DNA of 64,000 bases from Flavobacteriales bacterium. GTDB taxonomy: Bacteria; Bacteroidota; Bacteroidia; NS11-12g; UBA955. Positions 17,271-27,058 of the stretch are shown here, piece by piece; the first letter of the stretch is position 1; each line of letters starts with the position of its first letter. The notes beneath the pieces were generated by a model that did no database searches, had not been told where the DNA came from, and saw only the letters and a list, made by a program, of their open reading frames with translations. The position numbers were made by a program, and so were the translations under genes. Location: contig CANFLS010000005.1 in the NCBI GenBank assembly GCA_947447955.1, forward strand, positions 56,082 through 120,081. The letters run 5' to 3'.

Positions 17271-19847
17271 ATGTCTATTTCTCATCAATATAATTTCAAC
17301 GAAATCGAATCAAAATGGCAAAAACATTGGAAAGATTCGCAATTGTACAAGGTTATTGAAAATTCTTCAAAACCAAAATTCTATGCTTTAGACATGTTTC
17401 CCTATCCTTCTGGATCAGGTTTACATGTTGGTCACCCTTTGGGTTACATTGCAAGTGATATTGTTTCTCGTTACAAAAGATTGAATGGATTCAATGTGCT
17501 ACATCCAATGGGCTATGATGCTTTCGGATTGCCCGCTGAACAATATGCCATTCAAACTGGTCAACACCCTGCTGTTACTACAGAACAAAATATCATTAGA
17601 TTTAAAGAGCAGCTCGACAAAATGGGCTTTTGCTTTGATTGGGATAGACAAGTAAAAACTTGTGACGCTAATTATTACAAATGGACGCAATGGATATTTT
17701 CATTGTTTTTTACCCATTGGTTTAACAAAGATTTACAAAAAGCGCAAAAAATTGAGGATTTAATTTCAGTATTTTCAGCAAATGGAAACATTGGAATCAA
17801 CGCTCATTCAGGTAAAATTCACTCATTTACTGCTACTGAATGGAATGCATTTAATTTAAACCAACAAAATGAGGTACTCAACCAATACCGTTTGGCATTC
17901 ATTGACGAAACTACTGTCAATTGGTGCGAAGAAATGGGTACAGTTCTGGCCAATGAAGAAGTTGTAAATGGCCTGAGTGAAAGAGGTGGATATCCAGTTG
18001 TTCGTAAAAAAATGAAACAATGGAGCCTCAGAATTACCGCCTACGCCGATAAACTGATCCAAGGTTTAGATACGGTTCAATGGTCAGATTCCATCAAAGA
18101 AATTCAGAAAAATTGGATTGGAAGAAGTGAAGGTGCTGAAATTGATTTTAATATTGAGGGACATTCAACTAAAATTAAAGTTTTCACTACCCGCCCGGAT
18201 ACATTGTTTGGAGCTACCTTTATGGTTATTGCTCCCGAAAGTGAATTAATCAATAGCATTTGCAGCGACAGTCAAAAACAAATGGTTTTGGATTATGCAG
18301 CGAAAGCAAAAAATAGAAGTGAAATTGAACGAATGGCCGACACCAAAAAGACAGGTGTTTTTACAGGTGCATTTGCCATCAATCCTTTCACAAATAAATC
18401 TATTCCAGTTTGGGTTAGCGACTATGTTTTGGCTGGTTATGGAACTGGTGCTATTATGGCAGTTCCAGCACATGATGAACGCGACTTTGAATTTGCGCAA
18501 ACTTTTGGTTTGGATATAATTCCTGTAATAAAACCTGAAAATGAAACAATTGAAGTTCCAATGAAAGAGGCATTTAGCGCAAAAGATGGAATATGTTTCA
18601 ACAGTGGTTTCTTAGATGGATTATCCGTAAAAGATGCCATAAAAACTGCCATTTCTAAGGTTGAAGAATTAGAAATTGGCACTAAAAAAATCAACTATAA
18701 ATTGCGTGAAGCTGGTTTCGGCAGACAACGCTATTGGGGTGAACCATTTCCGATCATTTGGAACGATCAAATTCCTCAGCTTGTTAGTGAATTTCCAGTT
18801 GAATTACCAAAAGTAGAATCATACAAACCTACAGGTACGGGCGAAAGTCCTTTGGCTGCTGTTTCTGATTGGGTAAATACAGCCATTGGTAAAAGAGAAA
18901 CCGATACCATGCCAGGTTGGGCAGGAAGTAGTTGGTATTTTCTGCGTTATATGGATCCAAATAATTCCACAGCGTTTGCAAGTAAAGAAGCCTTAGAATA
19001 TTGGAATCAGGTTGATTTGTATGTTGGGGGAAGTGAACACGCAACAGGACATTTGTTATACAGCAGATTTTGGACAAAATTCTTAAATGACTTAGGATAT
19101 ATCAGTTGGGATGAACCATTCAAGCGCTTGGTAAACCAAGGCATGATCATGGGTGAAGATGGTCAAAAAATGAGCAAACGTTGGGGCAATGTTGTAAATC
19201 CCGATGATGTTTGCGAACAATACGGAGCAGATACTTTAAGATTGTATGAAATGTTCCTTGGCCCGTTAACAGACAGCAAACCTTGGAATACACATGGAAT
19301 TGAAGGCGTTTCTCGATTTTTAGGGAAATTTTGGCGTTTATTCATCCAAAACGAACAATTTAGTGTTTCAAGTGATACCGCTTCAGCAGAAGAGCTAAAA
19401 ATCCTTCATAAAACCATTAAAAAGATTTCAGAAGATATTGAATCGATGAGTTTCAATACTTCAGTATCTGCATTTATGGTATGCGTGAATGAATTGGGCA
19501 CATTAAAATGCAATAAATTAGAAATATTAAAGCCATTATTGGTTTTACTTGCGCCATTTGCACCCCATGTAACTGAAGAATTATGGGAAGCATTGGGAGA
19601 AAAAAGCAGCATACACACTGCAGAATGGCCCAAATTCAATAACGAATATTTGGTGGAAAGTAGTTTCACCTACCCCATTAGTATCAATGGAAAAACCAGA
19701 ACGCAATTAGAATTCGATATTAACGCTGATGTAAAAGACATCGAAGCCGCGGTATTGAACAATGAAATTGTTTTAAAGTGGACAAACGGTGAAAAACCGA
19801 AAAAGGTTATTGTGGTTAAAAACAGAATTGTAAATGTAGTTATCTAA
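17271..19847 (+). CDS. leuS: Leucyl-tRNA synthetase
   Basis: FYALDMFPYPSGSGLHVGHPLGY (HIGH region), editing domain TTRPDTLFGATFMVIAPE, KMSKRWGN (KMSKS). Confidence 0.92.
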   Translation: MSISHQYNFNEIESKWQKHWKDSQLYKVIENSSKPKFYALDMFPYPSGSGLHVGHPLGYIASDIVSRYKRLNGFNVLHPMGYDAFGLPAEQYAIQTGQHPAVTTEQNIIRFKEQLDKMGFCFDWDRQVKTCDANYYKWTQWIFSLFFTHWFNKDLQKAQKIEDLISVFSANGNIGINAHSGKIHSFTATEWNAFNLNQQNEVLNQYRLAFIDETTVNWCEEMGTVLANEEVVNGLSERGGYPVVRKKMKQWSLRITAYADKLIQGLDTVQWSDSIKEIQKNWIGRSEGAEIDFNIEGHSTKIKVFTTRPDTLFGATFMVIAPESELINSICSDSQKQMVLDYAAKAKNRSEIERMADTKKTGVFTGAFAINPFTNKSIPVWVSDYVLAGYGTGAIMAVPAHDERDFEFAQTFGLDIIPVIKPENETIEVPMKEAFSAKDGICFNSGFLDGLSVKDAIKTAISKVEELEIGTKKINYKLREAGFGRQRYWGEPFPIIWNDQIPQLVSEFPVELPKVESYKPTGTGESPLAAVSDWVNTAIGKRETDTMPGWAGSSWYFLRYMDPNNSTAFASKEALEYWNQVDLYVGGSEHATGHLLYSRFWTKFLNDLGYISWDEPFKRLVNQGMIMGEDGQKMSKRWGNVVNPDDVCEQYGADTLRLYEMFLGPLTDSKPWNTHGIEGVSRFLGKFWRLFIQNEQFSVSSDTASAEELKILHKTIKKISEDIESMSFNTSVSAFMVCVNELGTLKCNKLEILKPLLVLLAPFAPHVTEELWEALGEKSSIHTAEWPKFNNEYLVESSFTYPISINGKTRTQLEFDINADVKDIEAAVLNNEIVLKWTNGEKPKKVIVVKNRIVNVVI

Positions 19848-19865
19848 ATTTTAGATTCATATAAA

Positions 19866-19899
19866 ACAGAAAGGGAGCGATAAATCCCTCCCTTTCTGT
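19866..19899. terminator. Bidirectional hairpin terminator between convergent leuS and the 129-aa gene
   Basis: ACAGAAAGGGAG-loop-CTCCCTTTCTGT, 12-bp stem flanked by A/T runs. Confidence 0.75.
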
Positions 19900-19920
19900 T
19901 TACAAAACTATATAAAAAGA

Positions 19921-20310
19921 CTAATAAGCTTTTTCTAAAAACAACTTGAATTCATTTTTCAATTCAGAAAATATATGATTAAAGGTATCCATTTGATCGC
20001 GTAATTCTGGATGGTCATCAACTTTTCTATGGTCTGTTGCTACATTATTTGATTCCGCAATTTTCGCGATTCGTGTTTCACACTCATGAACTTCATGTTT
20101 AAGTTCATCAATAACTTCGTTGTGGCGAATAAATTGATTTTGGAAGTGTTCAACTTGGGCCAATATTTCTTTCTTTGTATTTGCGGTAACAATGTCAGAC
20201 AATCTGTTGTTAAACGTTTTAATTTCGTCTTTGGCAAACTCTAAAGTTGACAGATAAATATTATGCTCGGAATGGAGCTCATGGATGTATTTTTGAGAAG
20301 CAGTATTCAT
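19921..20310 (-). CDS. Hypothetical helical, His/Glu-rich cytoplasmic protein (129 aa)
   Basis: Clean ORF bounded by a terminator. Heptad-like, H/E-rich sequence. No motif I can name. Confidence 0.5.
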   Translation of the reverse strand: MNTASQKYIHELHSEHNIYLSTLEFAKDEIKTFNNRLSDIVTANTKKEILAQVEHFQNQFIRHNEVIDELKHEVHECETRIAKIAESNNVATDHRKVDDHPELRDQMDTFNHIFSELKNEFKLFLEKAY

Positions 20311-20394
20311 GATTCAAAGTTGCATCACAAATACATTGGAAACCATGACACCTATCAGATGCACATATGATTTAAATCATAAATTAAATAGATT

Positions 20395-20607
20395 TTAAGC
20401 AGCTTGAACTTTTGCTTTTTGTCCCTCAAATTCAATAATGAAATCGGGATAAACTTTATTTCTTTTGCGAAGTTCTATTGTACCGTTTACTTTAACCAAT
20501 TCGGCATCAATTACCTCATTTGCCATACTTCCAGACTCAACCCAGCCCATCAGTTTCAAGGCTTGATTCAATTGAATATAAGGAGTATGGATAGTAAGAA
20601 TTTCCAA
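20395..20607 (-). CDS. S4-domain RNA-binding protein (YbcJ/YaaA-like)
   Basis: 70 aa. IQLNQALKLMGWVESGSMANEVIDAELVKVNGTIELRKRNKV is a typical stand-alone S4 domain. Confidence 0.7.
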   Translation of the reverse strand: MEILTIHTPYIQLNQALKLMGWVESGSMANEVIDAELVKVNGTIELRKRNKVYPDFIIEFEGQKAKVQAA

Positions 20608-20609
20608 AA

Positions 20610-20957
20610 TTAGATAGAGAAACTTTCGCCGCAGCCGCAGGTTCTTGAAGCATTAGGATTGACAAAATTGAATCCTTTGCCGTTTAATCCATCAGAAAAA
20701 TCTAATTCTGTGCCGCATAGGTATAAAAAACTTTTCATGTCGCAAACCAATTTGAAATTTGAATCTCCGAATTCCATGTCCCCTTTTTTTGGTTCATTAT
20801 CAAAATCCAATTCATAAGTTAAACCAGAGCAACCTCCGCCTTTAACACCTACACGCAAGAAATACTCTGGAGCTGTAATATTTGCATCACGCATCAAATC
20901 ATAAGCTTTTCCTAAAGCTTTTTCAGTAATTGTTATTGCACCTGCATCAGCCAACAT
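20610..20957 (-). CDS. iscA: A-type Fe-S cluster carrier (IscA/ErpA/HesB family)
   Basis: GGGCSGLTYELDF and C-terminal CGCGESF cysteine motif. Confidence 0.85.
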   Translation of the reverse strand: MLADAGAITITEKALGKAYDLMRDANITAPEYFLRVGVKGGGCSGLTYELDFDNEPKKGDMEFGDSNFKLVCDMKSFLYLCGTELDFSDGLNGKGFNFVNPNASRTCGCGESFSI

Positions 20958-20968
20958 AGCAAAAATTA

Positions 20969-21385
20969 TTAATGGTGTACTTTTTCAGAAATCAAAGGTT
21001 CTAAACCTTGTTTTGCACGGTAATCGTTAATTGCCATACGAATAGCATCTTCAGCCAAAACTGAACAATGTATTTTAACGGGTGGCAAAGCCAATTCCTC
21101 AACAATATCCATATTGTCAATTTCTAAAGCTTGGTCAATTGTTTTGCCTTTTAACCATTCGGTAGCCAAAGAAGAAGAAGCAATTGCTGATCCACATCCA
21201 AAAGTTTTAAATTTAGCATCTTGAATTACGCCTGTTTCATCGTTAACTTCAATTTGCAAACGCATTACATCGCCACATTCTGGAGCACCTACCAAACCTG
21301 TGCCAACGGTATTTTTAGATTTATCTAAAGTCCCAATATTTCTTGGATTGGTATAATGATCAACTACTTTATCTGAATATGCCAT
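20969..21385 (-). CDS. iscU: Fe-S cluster scaffold IscU
   Basis: GAPECGDVMRLQI, FKTFGCGSAIASSS, LPPVKIHCSVLAEDA are the three conserved Cys blocks. Confidence 0.92.
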   Translation of the reverse strand: MAYSDKVVDHYTNPRNIGTLDKSKNTVGTGLVGAPECGDVMRLQIEVNDETGVIQDAKFKTFGCGSAIASSSLATEWLKGKTIDQALEIDNMDIVEELALPPVKIHCSVLAEDAIRMAINDYRAKQGLEPLISEKVHH

Positions 21386-21459
21386 ATTATTGCTTTTTTA
21401 CTTGATTACAAAGTTATTTAAAATGTTTCTAAACTAAAAATTATTTCGACCAAATCAGA

Positions 21460-22671
21460 TTAATGTTCTGTCCACTCAATCGATTTCAAATCGATACCTT
21501 CTTTGAACATTTCCCAAAGTGGGCTCATGTCACGAAGTTTATTAACCGCTTCGGTAACACAATTGATTGTATAATCAACTTCTTCTTCAGTTGTAAAACG
21601 ACCCAAACCAAAACGCAAACTACTGTGAGCCAATTCGTCGTCTAAACCTAAATTCTTCAACACGTAACTTGGTTCTAAAGATGCACTGGTACAAGCTGAA
21701 CCAGATGAAACTGCAATATCTTTAATTCCCATCATCAATCCTTCACCTTCAACATATTTAAAACTAATGTTTGCGGTATGAGGCAAACGATGTTCTGCAC
21801 TCCCATTTACATAACTTTCTTCAAGGTTAAGTAAAGCATTTTCTAACTTATCTCTTAACGCGCTCAAACGAATTGCTTCTGCATCCATTTCCAATCTCGC
21901 CAATTCGCAAGCTTTGCCTAATCCAACGATACCTGGAACGTTCAAAGTACCAGATCTCATTCCTCTTTCATGGCCACCACCATCCATTTGAGCAGTTACT
22001 TTTACTCTTGGATTTTTTCTGCGAACATACAAAGCACCAATTCCTTTAGGTCCATACATTTTGTGAGCAGTAAAACTCATCAAATCAATATTATCGGCTA
22101 AAACATCTACAGGAATTTTACCAACTGCTTGGGTTGCATCTGTATGAAACAACACACCTTTTTCTTTACATAATTTACCAATTTCACGAATAGGTTGAAT
22201 TACACCCAATTCGTTATTACCATACATCACAGAAACCAAAACGGTATTCGGTTTAATTGCCTCAGCAACTTGTTCAACTTTTAATAAACCATCAGATCCA
22301 ACAGGCAAATAAGTAATTTCAGCACCTAATTTTTCTAAATGTTTACATGCATCCAAAACCGCTTTATGTTCAGTAGTTACTGTAATAAAATGATTTCCTT
22401 TTGCCGCATACATTTCATAAACCCCTTTGATTGCAAGGTTATTACTTTCGGTAGCTCCACTAGTGAAAATAATTTCTTTTTCATTGGCACCAATTAACGC
22501 AGCAATTTGCTCACGTGCATAGTCAACTGCTTCTTCTGCTTTCCAACCAAAAGGATGACTCTTACTTGCCGCATTTCCAAAATCATTTAGAAAAAAGGGA
22601 ATCATTACTTCAAAAACTCTTGGATCAACTTGAGTAGTTGCATTGTTGTCTAAATATATAGGTAGTTTCAT
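21460..22671 (-). CDS. iscS: Cysteine desulfurase IscS
   Basis: [23 protein letters not shown]-lysine region [14 protein letters not shown], active-site SSGSACTS. Confidence 0.92.
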   Translation of the reverse strand: MKLPIYLDNNATTQVDPRVFEVMIPFFLNDFGNAASKSHPFGWKAEEAVDYAREQIAALIGANEKEIIFTSGATESNNLAIKGVYEMYAAKGNHFITVTTEHKAVLDACKHLEKLGAEITYLPVGSDGLLKVEQVAEAIKPNTVLVSVMYGNNELGVIQPIREIGKLCKEKGVLFHTDATQAVGKIPVDVLADNIDLMSFTAHKMYGPKGIGALYVRRKNPRVKVTAQMDGGGHERGMRSGTLNVPGIVGLGKACELARLEMDAEAIRLSALRDKLENALLNLEESYVNGSAEHRLPHTANISFKYVEGEGLMMGIKDIAVSSGSACTSASLEPSYVLKNLGLDDELAHSSLRFGLGRFTTEEEVDYTINCVTEAVNKLRDMSPLWEMFKEGIDLKSIEWTEH

Positions 22672-22717
22672 GGTGGTTTTTAATTAATTAATTGCAATTT
22701 AGATTGGTTCTAAACTG

Positions 22718-22725
22718 CAAAAGTA
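22718..22725 (-). promoter_or_regulatory. -7 box TACTTTTG (minus strand) for iscS, giving a ~40-nt leader
   Basis: Plus strand CAAAAGTA in the divergent gap 22672-22793. Confidence 0.4.
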
Positions 22726-22793
22726 ACATTCAATTGTCAAAATAGTTCAGCTTTTCGTTAATTTGCACAAAGAATTGACAATTTTATTATAAA

Positions 22794-23204
22794 ATGCCTA
22801 AAAAACTTGAACATATTGGAATTGCGGTGAGCAATTTAGAAGCTTCAGAGAAATTATTCACAAAACTTTTGGGAGTTGCACCATACAAGAGGGAATTGGT
22901 TGAAAGCGAAATGGTAATGACGTCTTTTTTCTTATTGGGGGACATTAAGTTTGAGCTATTGGCGGCTACCAGCCCAGAAAGTACCATAGCAAAATTTATT
23001 GAAAAAAAAGGCGAAGGACTTCATCATTTGGCATTTGAGTCAGATAATATTGTTGACGAATTGGCTGAAAAGGAAAATCAAAATTTTCAACTTATTCATC
23101 AAATACCCAAAGATGGAGCCGACAATAAAACAATTGCATTCTTGCATCCCAAATCCACTGGTGGAGTTCTTACTGAACTTTGTCAAGAAAAATCTAATCA
23201 CTAA
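22794..23204 (+). CDS. mce: Methylmalonyl-CoA epimerase (VOC superfamily)
   Basis: 136 aa. LEHIGIAVSNLE...FELLAATSPESTIAKFIEKKGEGLHHLAF...GGVLTEL is a typical epimerase. Confidence 0.8.
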   Translation: MPKKLEHIGIAVSNLEASEKLFTKLLGVAPYKRELVESEMVMTSFFLLGDIKFELLAATSPESTIAKFIEKKGEGLHHLAFESDNIVDELAEKENQNFQLIHQIPKDGADNKTIAFLHPKSTGGVLTELCQEKSNH

Positions 23205-23279
23205 CATTCCTTCACTACCTTTGTGCAAAAGATTTAGATGCTTTTTTTGAAAAATATTTCAAACTTGAATCTACATCAA

Positions 23280-23287
23280 TATATTTG
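23280..23287 (+). promoter_or_regulatory. -7 box TATATTTG, 4 nt before ATG 23292
   Basis: TATATTTG-agaa-ATG. Confidence 0.55.
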
Positions 23288-23291
23288 AGAA

Positions 23292-24761
23292 ATGAGTTTC
23301 TTTCCGTCAGATTGGGATGATGAAGAGGACGAAGACAACTTCGATTCTTTTCAAGGAGATATAGAATCTCTTGTTAGCGATTTTGAAAATAAATCTCGCG
23401 ACAATTTCACTGCACGTGAACTTATGGAGCTTTTCCGTTTTTACAACAGTCAAATTGCCCTTCCCGGCGAAATTAGAAACGAAAATTATTCAAAAATAAT
23501 TATAGAATTAGGCATTCAACAGTTTCCTTACATGCCAATTTTCACCCTGCACATGGTTGAAATATTTTTAAGGGAAAACAAATACAAACAAGCACATACT
23601 TCTTTAGCTCAAGCTACTGCCTATACCCCTTTCGACCCTGCATTAATGATGATGAAATCTATTTGCTTCAGTCATGAAGGTGCTAGAAAATTGGCATTAG
23701 AATCTTTACTCGCAGCCTTGGAAATTGCAGGGAATGACGAAGAACAACTTGAAGATTTCTTGGAAATGGCGTTATATCATGAACAATATGATTTAACACT
23801 TCCCATTGTAGAGAAGGCTTTAAACGCAGGTGCCGAAATTAGTCCAATAATTGAAAAGTATATTGCCCGTGCGGAAGATGATGGTTTGATTGCCGAACTA
23901 ATACCGAGCATCGAAGCAATTATTGAACAGGATCCATATTCTTCTGAAGCTTGGTATGTTTTGGGTTCTGGTTATTTGGCTCAAGAAAAACACAAAGAAG
24001 CACTCAGAGCTTTTGATTTTGCGGTAACCATTAATGATAATTTCAGTGATGCTTGGATTGCTTTGATGGAATGTAATTACGAACTTTCAAACTATGAAAC
24101 ATTTATTTCGCTTTACAACGAGCAAATTGAACGTTTTCCCAAAAAGGTTTTTGAAGAATTGGAGGGACTATTGGCTTGGAGTTATCATGAAACAAGTCAA
24201 ACAGCTAAAGCCCGCGAAGTATATAAAGAAGTATTAAATAGAGACCCTACAGATGCCGAAAGTTGGTACAGTCTGGGTTTAACTTGGCAACAAGAAAATA
24301 ATTTCACGAATGCCATACCCTACTTAGAAAAAGCATATGAACTTGATTCTATTGAAGTTGATTATGGTTTGGTACTAGCCACAAGTTATGTTGCTACCAA
24401 CAATACCGAAAAATGGGAAGCGTTATTTGAACAATTAAGTACGGAATTTCCATTTCAACCCGAAGTTTGGTTAGATTGGGGTGTTGCATTGCATGAAAAC
24501 GGAGAAATTAATAAAGCGCTAGACATTACAGAACAAGGATTAGAAAATAGCCCAAGAAATCCAGCACTGTTATACAGAATGGGAGCTTTGTGCTATTTGT
24601 CAGGCAATCAAGATGTTGCCATACTCATTTTAGAAAGGGCTTTAGAATTAAATGCCCAAGAACATTTTACCCTATTTATATTTGCACCAGAACTCAAAAA
24701 GGCAATTCGCGTTTTAGAGTGTATATCAAGATTTACTCAACCAAAATTTTCAGATGAATAA
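23292..24761 (+). CDS. Cytoplasmic TPR-repeat protein with an acidic N-terminus
   Basis: No signal peptide. MSFFPSDWDDEEDEDNF, then repeated AWY.LG..Y TPR-like 34-mers. Confidence 0.6.
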   Translation: MSFFPSDWDDEEDEDNFDSFQGDIESLVSDFENKSRDNFTARELMELFRFYNSQIALPGEIRNENYSKIIIELGIQQFPYMPIFTLHMVEIFLRENKYKQAHTSLAQATAYTPFDPALMMMKSICFSHEGARKLALESLLAALEIAGNDEEQLEDFLEMALYHEQYDLTLPIVEKALNAGAEISPIIEKYIARAEDDGLIAELIPSIEAIIEQDPYSSEAWYVLGSGYLAQEKHKEALRAFDFAVTINDNFSDAWIALMECNYELSNYETFISLYNEQIERFPKKVFEELEGLLAWSYHETSQTAKAREVYKEVLNRDPTDAESWYSLGLTWQQENNFTNAIPYLEKAYELDSIEVDYGLVLATSYVATNNTEKWEALFEQLSTEFPFQPEVWLDWGVALHENGEINKALDITEQGLENSPRNPALLYRMGALCYLSGNQDVAILILERALELNAQEHFTLFIFAPELKKAIRVLECISRFTQPKFSDE

Positions 24762-25518
24762 CGACTTATTTCAACTTACTAAACTTCCAGAAAGAAGTTC
24801 AAAACCCAGGCAAAATGGCATAACAATGGTTATGGACAAAGGTTTATCATTGGGCGAAGTAGAAAACTTTATTTCTATGAATGAGCCTCATGTTGATATC
24901 GTAAAACTCGGATTCGGAACAGGTTTTGTTAGTCCTAATTTAATTGAAAAAATAAATCTTTACCATTCAGCAAATATTCCAGTTTATTTTGGTGGTACCT
25001 TATTTGAAGCTTATATCGCTAGAAATCAATTTGACGATTATTTAAGGCTATTAGATAAAACCAATATCACTTACGCTGAAGTTAGTGACGGCAGTTTAGA
25101 TATGCCTCATGACGAAAAATGCGAATACATTCGCACTTTAGCAAAAAACTTTACAGTTCTGAGTGAAGTTGGAAGTAAGGACGCCGAAAAAATCATCCCT
25201 CCATATGAATGGATAGAACAAATGGAAACTGAGCTTGAAGCTGGAGCTTGGAAAGTTATTGGAGAAGCACGTGAATCAGGTACCGTTGGAATTTTCAGAG
25301 GTACTGGAGAGGTTCGTTCAGGATTGGTTGCTGAAATCATACGTAAAATCCCCCAAGATAAAATCATTTGGGAAGCCCCTCTAAAAGCGCAACAAGTATG
25401 GTTTATACAGCTTTATGGCACAAATATAAACTTAGGAAACATTGCACCCAACGAAGTAATTCCATTAGAAACACTGCGCATTGGATTGCGCGGAGATAGT
25501 TTTCACTTCTTCTTATAA
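24754..25518 (+). CDS. comA: (2R)-phospho-3-sulfolactate synthase (ComA family)
   Basis: 254 aa. SSKPRQNGITMVMDKGL, DIVKLGFGT, EVSDGS are ComA-family blocks as I remember them. 8-nt overlap with the TPR gene. Confidence 0.7.
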   Translation: MNNDLFQLTKLPERSSKPRQNGITMVMDKGLSLGEVENFISMNEPHVDIVKLGFGTGFVSPNLIEKINLYHSANIPVYFGGTLFEAYIARNQFDDYLRLLDKTNITYAEVSDGSLDMPHDEKCEYIRTLAKNFTVLSEVGSKDAEKIIPPYEWIEQMETELEAGAWKVIGEARESGTVGIFRGTGEVRSGLVAEIIRKIPQDKIIWEAPLKAQQVWFIQLYGTNINLGNIAPNEVIPLETLRIGLRGDSFHFFL

Positions 25519-25519
25519 T

Positions 25520-25551
25520 AAAAAAGGCGAATCTTGCGATTCGCCTTTTTT
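25520..25551. terminator. Bidirectional terminator between the comA-like and thioredoxin genes
   Basis: AAAAAAGGCGAATC-ttgc-GATTCGCCTTTTTT. Confidence 0.85.
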
Positions 25552-25572
25552 ATTAATTATTGCTTGATTTTA

Positions 25573-26070
25573 TTATTTGTATTTATTTACCAATTGAAGC
25601 AAACCTTCTTTGTCAAGCGCACCCAATTGTTTAAAAATAACTTCTCCCTTTTTGAAGAAAATAATTGTAGGATATCCTTCTAAGTTATATTTGCTTGAAA
25701 TATCCAATTGTGCTTCTGCATCTACTTTAATTACATTAACAATATCTGATTTTTCAGCTTTTATTTCAGCAACAAATGGAGCCATTTGTTTGCAAGGACC
25801 ACACCAAGTGGTGTAAAAATCAACCATTGATAATTTTTCAGATGAAATTTCTTTGTTAAATTCTTCAAGCGTCAATTTTTTATGATCATCACTATTTGCA
25901 ACAGTCTCAACAGGAGTGGCAGAAATAGATTCTGGCGTAATCGCTGTGGTTGTTGTACTCTCTTGATTCATTGGTTCATTTGATTTTGATTGGCAACTAG
26001 CCAATAAAACCACACCCAATCCCAAAAAAATTGAGTTAAATATTCTGTTCATAAAAAATCTTCTTTCCAT
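25573..26070 (-). CDS. Thioredoxin-fold protein with a lipoprotein signal and a Thr/Ser-rich linker
   Basis: LGLGVVLLASC|QS lipobox, low-complexity linker, then a thioredoxin domain with WCGPC. Confidence 0.75.
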   Translation of the reverse strand: MERRFFMNRIFNSIFLGLGVVLLASCQSKSNEPMNQESTTTTAITPESISATPVETVANSDDHKKLTLEEFNKEISSEKLSMVDFYTTWCGPCKQMAPFVAEIKAEKSDIVNVIKVDAEAQLDISSKYNLEGYPTIIFFKKGEVIFKQLGALDKEGLLQLVNKYK

Positions 26071-26074
26071 AACA

Positions 26075-26082
26075 CAAAGTTA
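26075..26082 (-). promoter_or_regulatory. -7 box TAACTTTG (minus strand), 4 nt before ATG 26070
   Basis: Plus strand CAAAGTTA. The minus strand reads TAACTTTG-tgtt-ATG. Confidence 0.5.
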
Positions 26083-26098
26083 CTTCAGATAAAATGAA

Positions 26099-26106
26099 TA
26101 TTTTTG
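26099..26106 (+). promoter_or_regulatory. -7 box TATTTTTG, 4 nt before ATG 26111
   Basis: TATTTTTG-ctgt-ATG. Confidence 0.55.
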
Positions 26107-26110
26107 CTGT

Positions 26111-27058
26111 ATGTCAGAAAAAAATATAGAATTATCGGTCATTGTACCTTTGTTCAATGAAGAGCAAAATATAGGTGCTCTAAATGAGCGAATAATTACT
26201 GTATTGGCATCTATGCCTATTTCAAATGAAGTTATCTATATTAATGATGGCAGCAAAGACAAAACTCTGCCTTTGATTATAGGATTAACACATCAATTTC
26301 CGAATATCAAGTATATAGACTTCTCAAGAAATTTCGGACATCAGCAAGCCATTTCTGCTGGAATACAATTTGCAAAAGGAAAATATTTGGTAATTATGGA
26401 TGGCGATGGTCAAGATCCGCCAGAACTCATTCCTGAATTATATGAAAAAGCTTGCAGCGGATTTGAAGTGGTATATGCAAAACGCAAAAAGCGTCAAGGT
26501 GAGGGATTGCTAAAGAAATTTACCGCAAAACTATTCTATCGCATACTAGCAAAAATCACCAATATTGAAATCCCCGTTGATACAGGCGATTTTAGAATTA
26601 TCCATCAAAAAGTACAAAGAATATTGAATCAAATGCCTGAGCAGCATAAATATATCAGAGGACAAATTGCATGGATTGGATTTAATCAAACCTTTATTGA
26701 ATACGACCGTGAGGAAAGAATGTCGGGGCAAACTAAATTTACTTACCGTAAAATGATAGGATTTGCAATTGATGGCATTAGTGGTTTTAGCACTTGGCCA
26801 TTAAAAGTGGCTACCATAAGTGGATTCATTGTTTCATTTATTTCATTTATGCTCATCATTTATAGTTTATACCAAAAATTCTTCGGTGAAACTGAAAAAG
26901 GATGGACATCACTCAATATTTCGGTTTTATTTATTGGGGGAATACAACTCATTGGAATAGGAATTTTGGGAGAATACCTAGGCCGAGTGAGTGAAAACGT
27001 AAAAAATAGACCTCATTTTATTGTGAGAGATTCGAATTTAAATTCAAATGAATCTTAA
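26111..27058 (+). CDS. Family-2 glycosyltransferase, polyprenyl-phosphate sugar synthase type (GtrB/ArnC/DPM1-like)
   Basis: LSVIVPLFNEE, INDGSKD, VIMDGDGQDPP (DxD), FRI...R, and two C-terminal TM helices, the typical GtrB/ArnC layout. Confidence 0.8.
   Translation: MSEKNIELSVIVPLFNEEQNIGALNERIITVLASMPISNEVIYINDGSKDKTLPLIIGLTHQFPNIKYIDFSRNFGHQQAISAGIQFAKGKYLVIMDGDGQDPPELIPELYEKACSGFEVVYAKRKKRQGEGLLKKFTAKLFYRILAKITNIEIPVDTGDFRIIHQKVQRILNQMPEQHKYIRGQIAWIGFNQTFIEYDREERMSGQTKFTYRKMIGFAIDGISGFSTWPLKVATISGFIVSFISFMLIIYSLYQKFFGETEKGWTSLNISVLFIGGIQLIGIGILGEYLGRVSENVKNRPHFIVRDSNLNSNES

Noticed and set aside
22672-22793. A possible regulatory RNA or IscR-type operator in the iscS / epimerase divergent gap.
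   Set aside because: I saw only a -7 box, with no convincing palindrome or conserved-looking structure. No iscR gene is present, so there is nothing to support beyond an ordinary promoter region.
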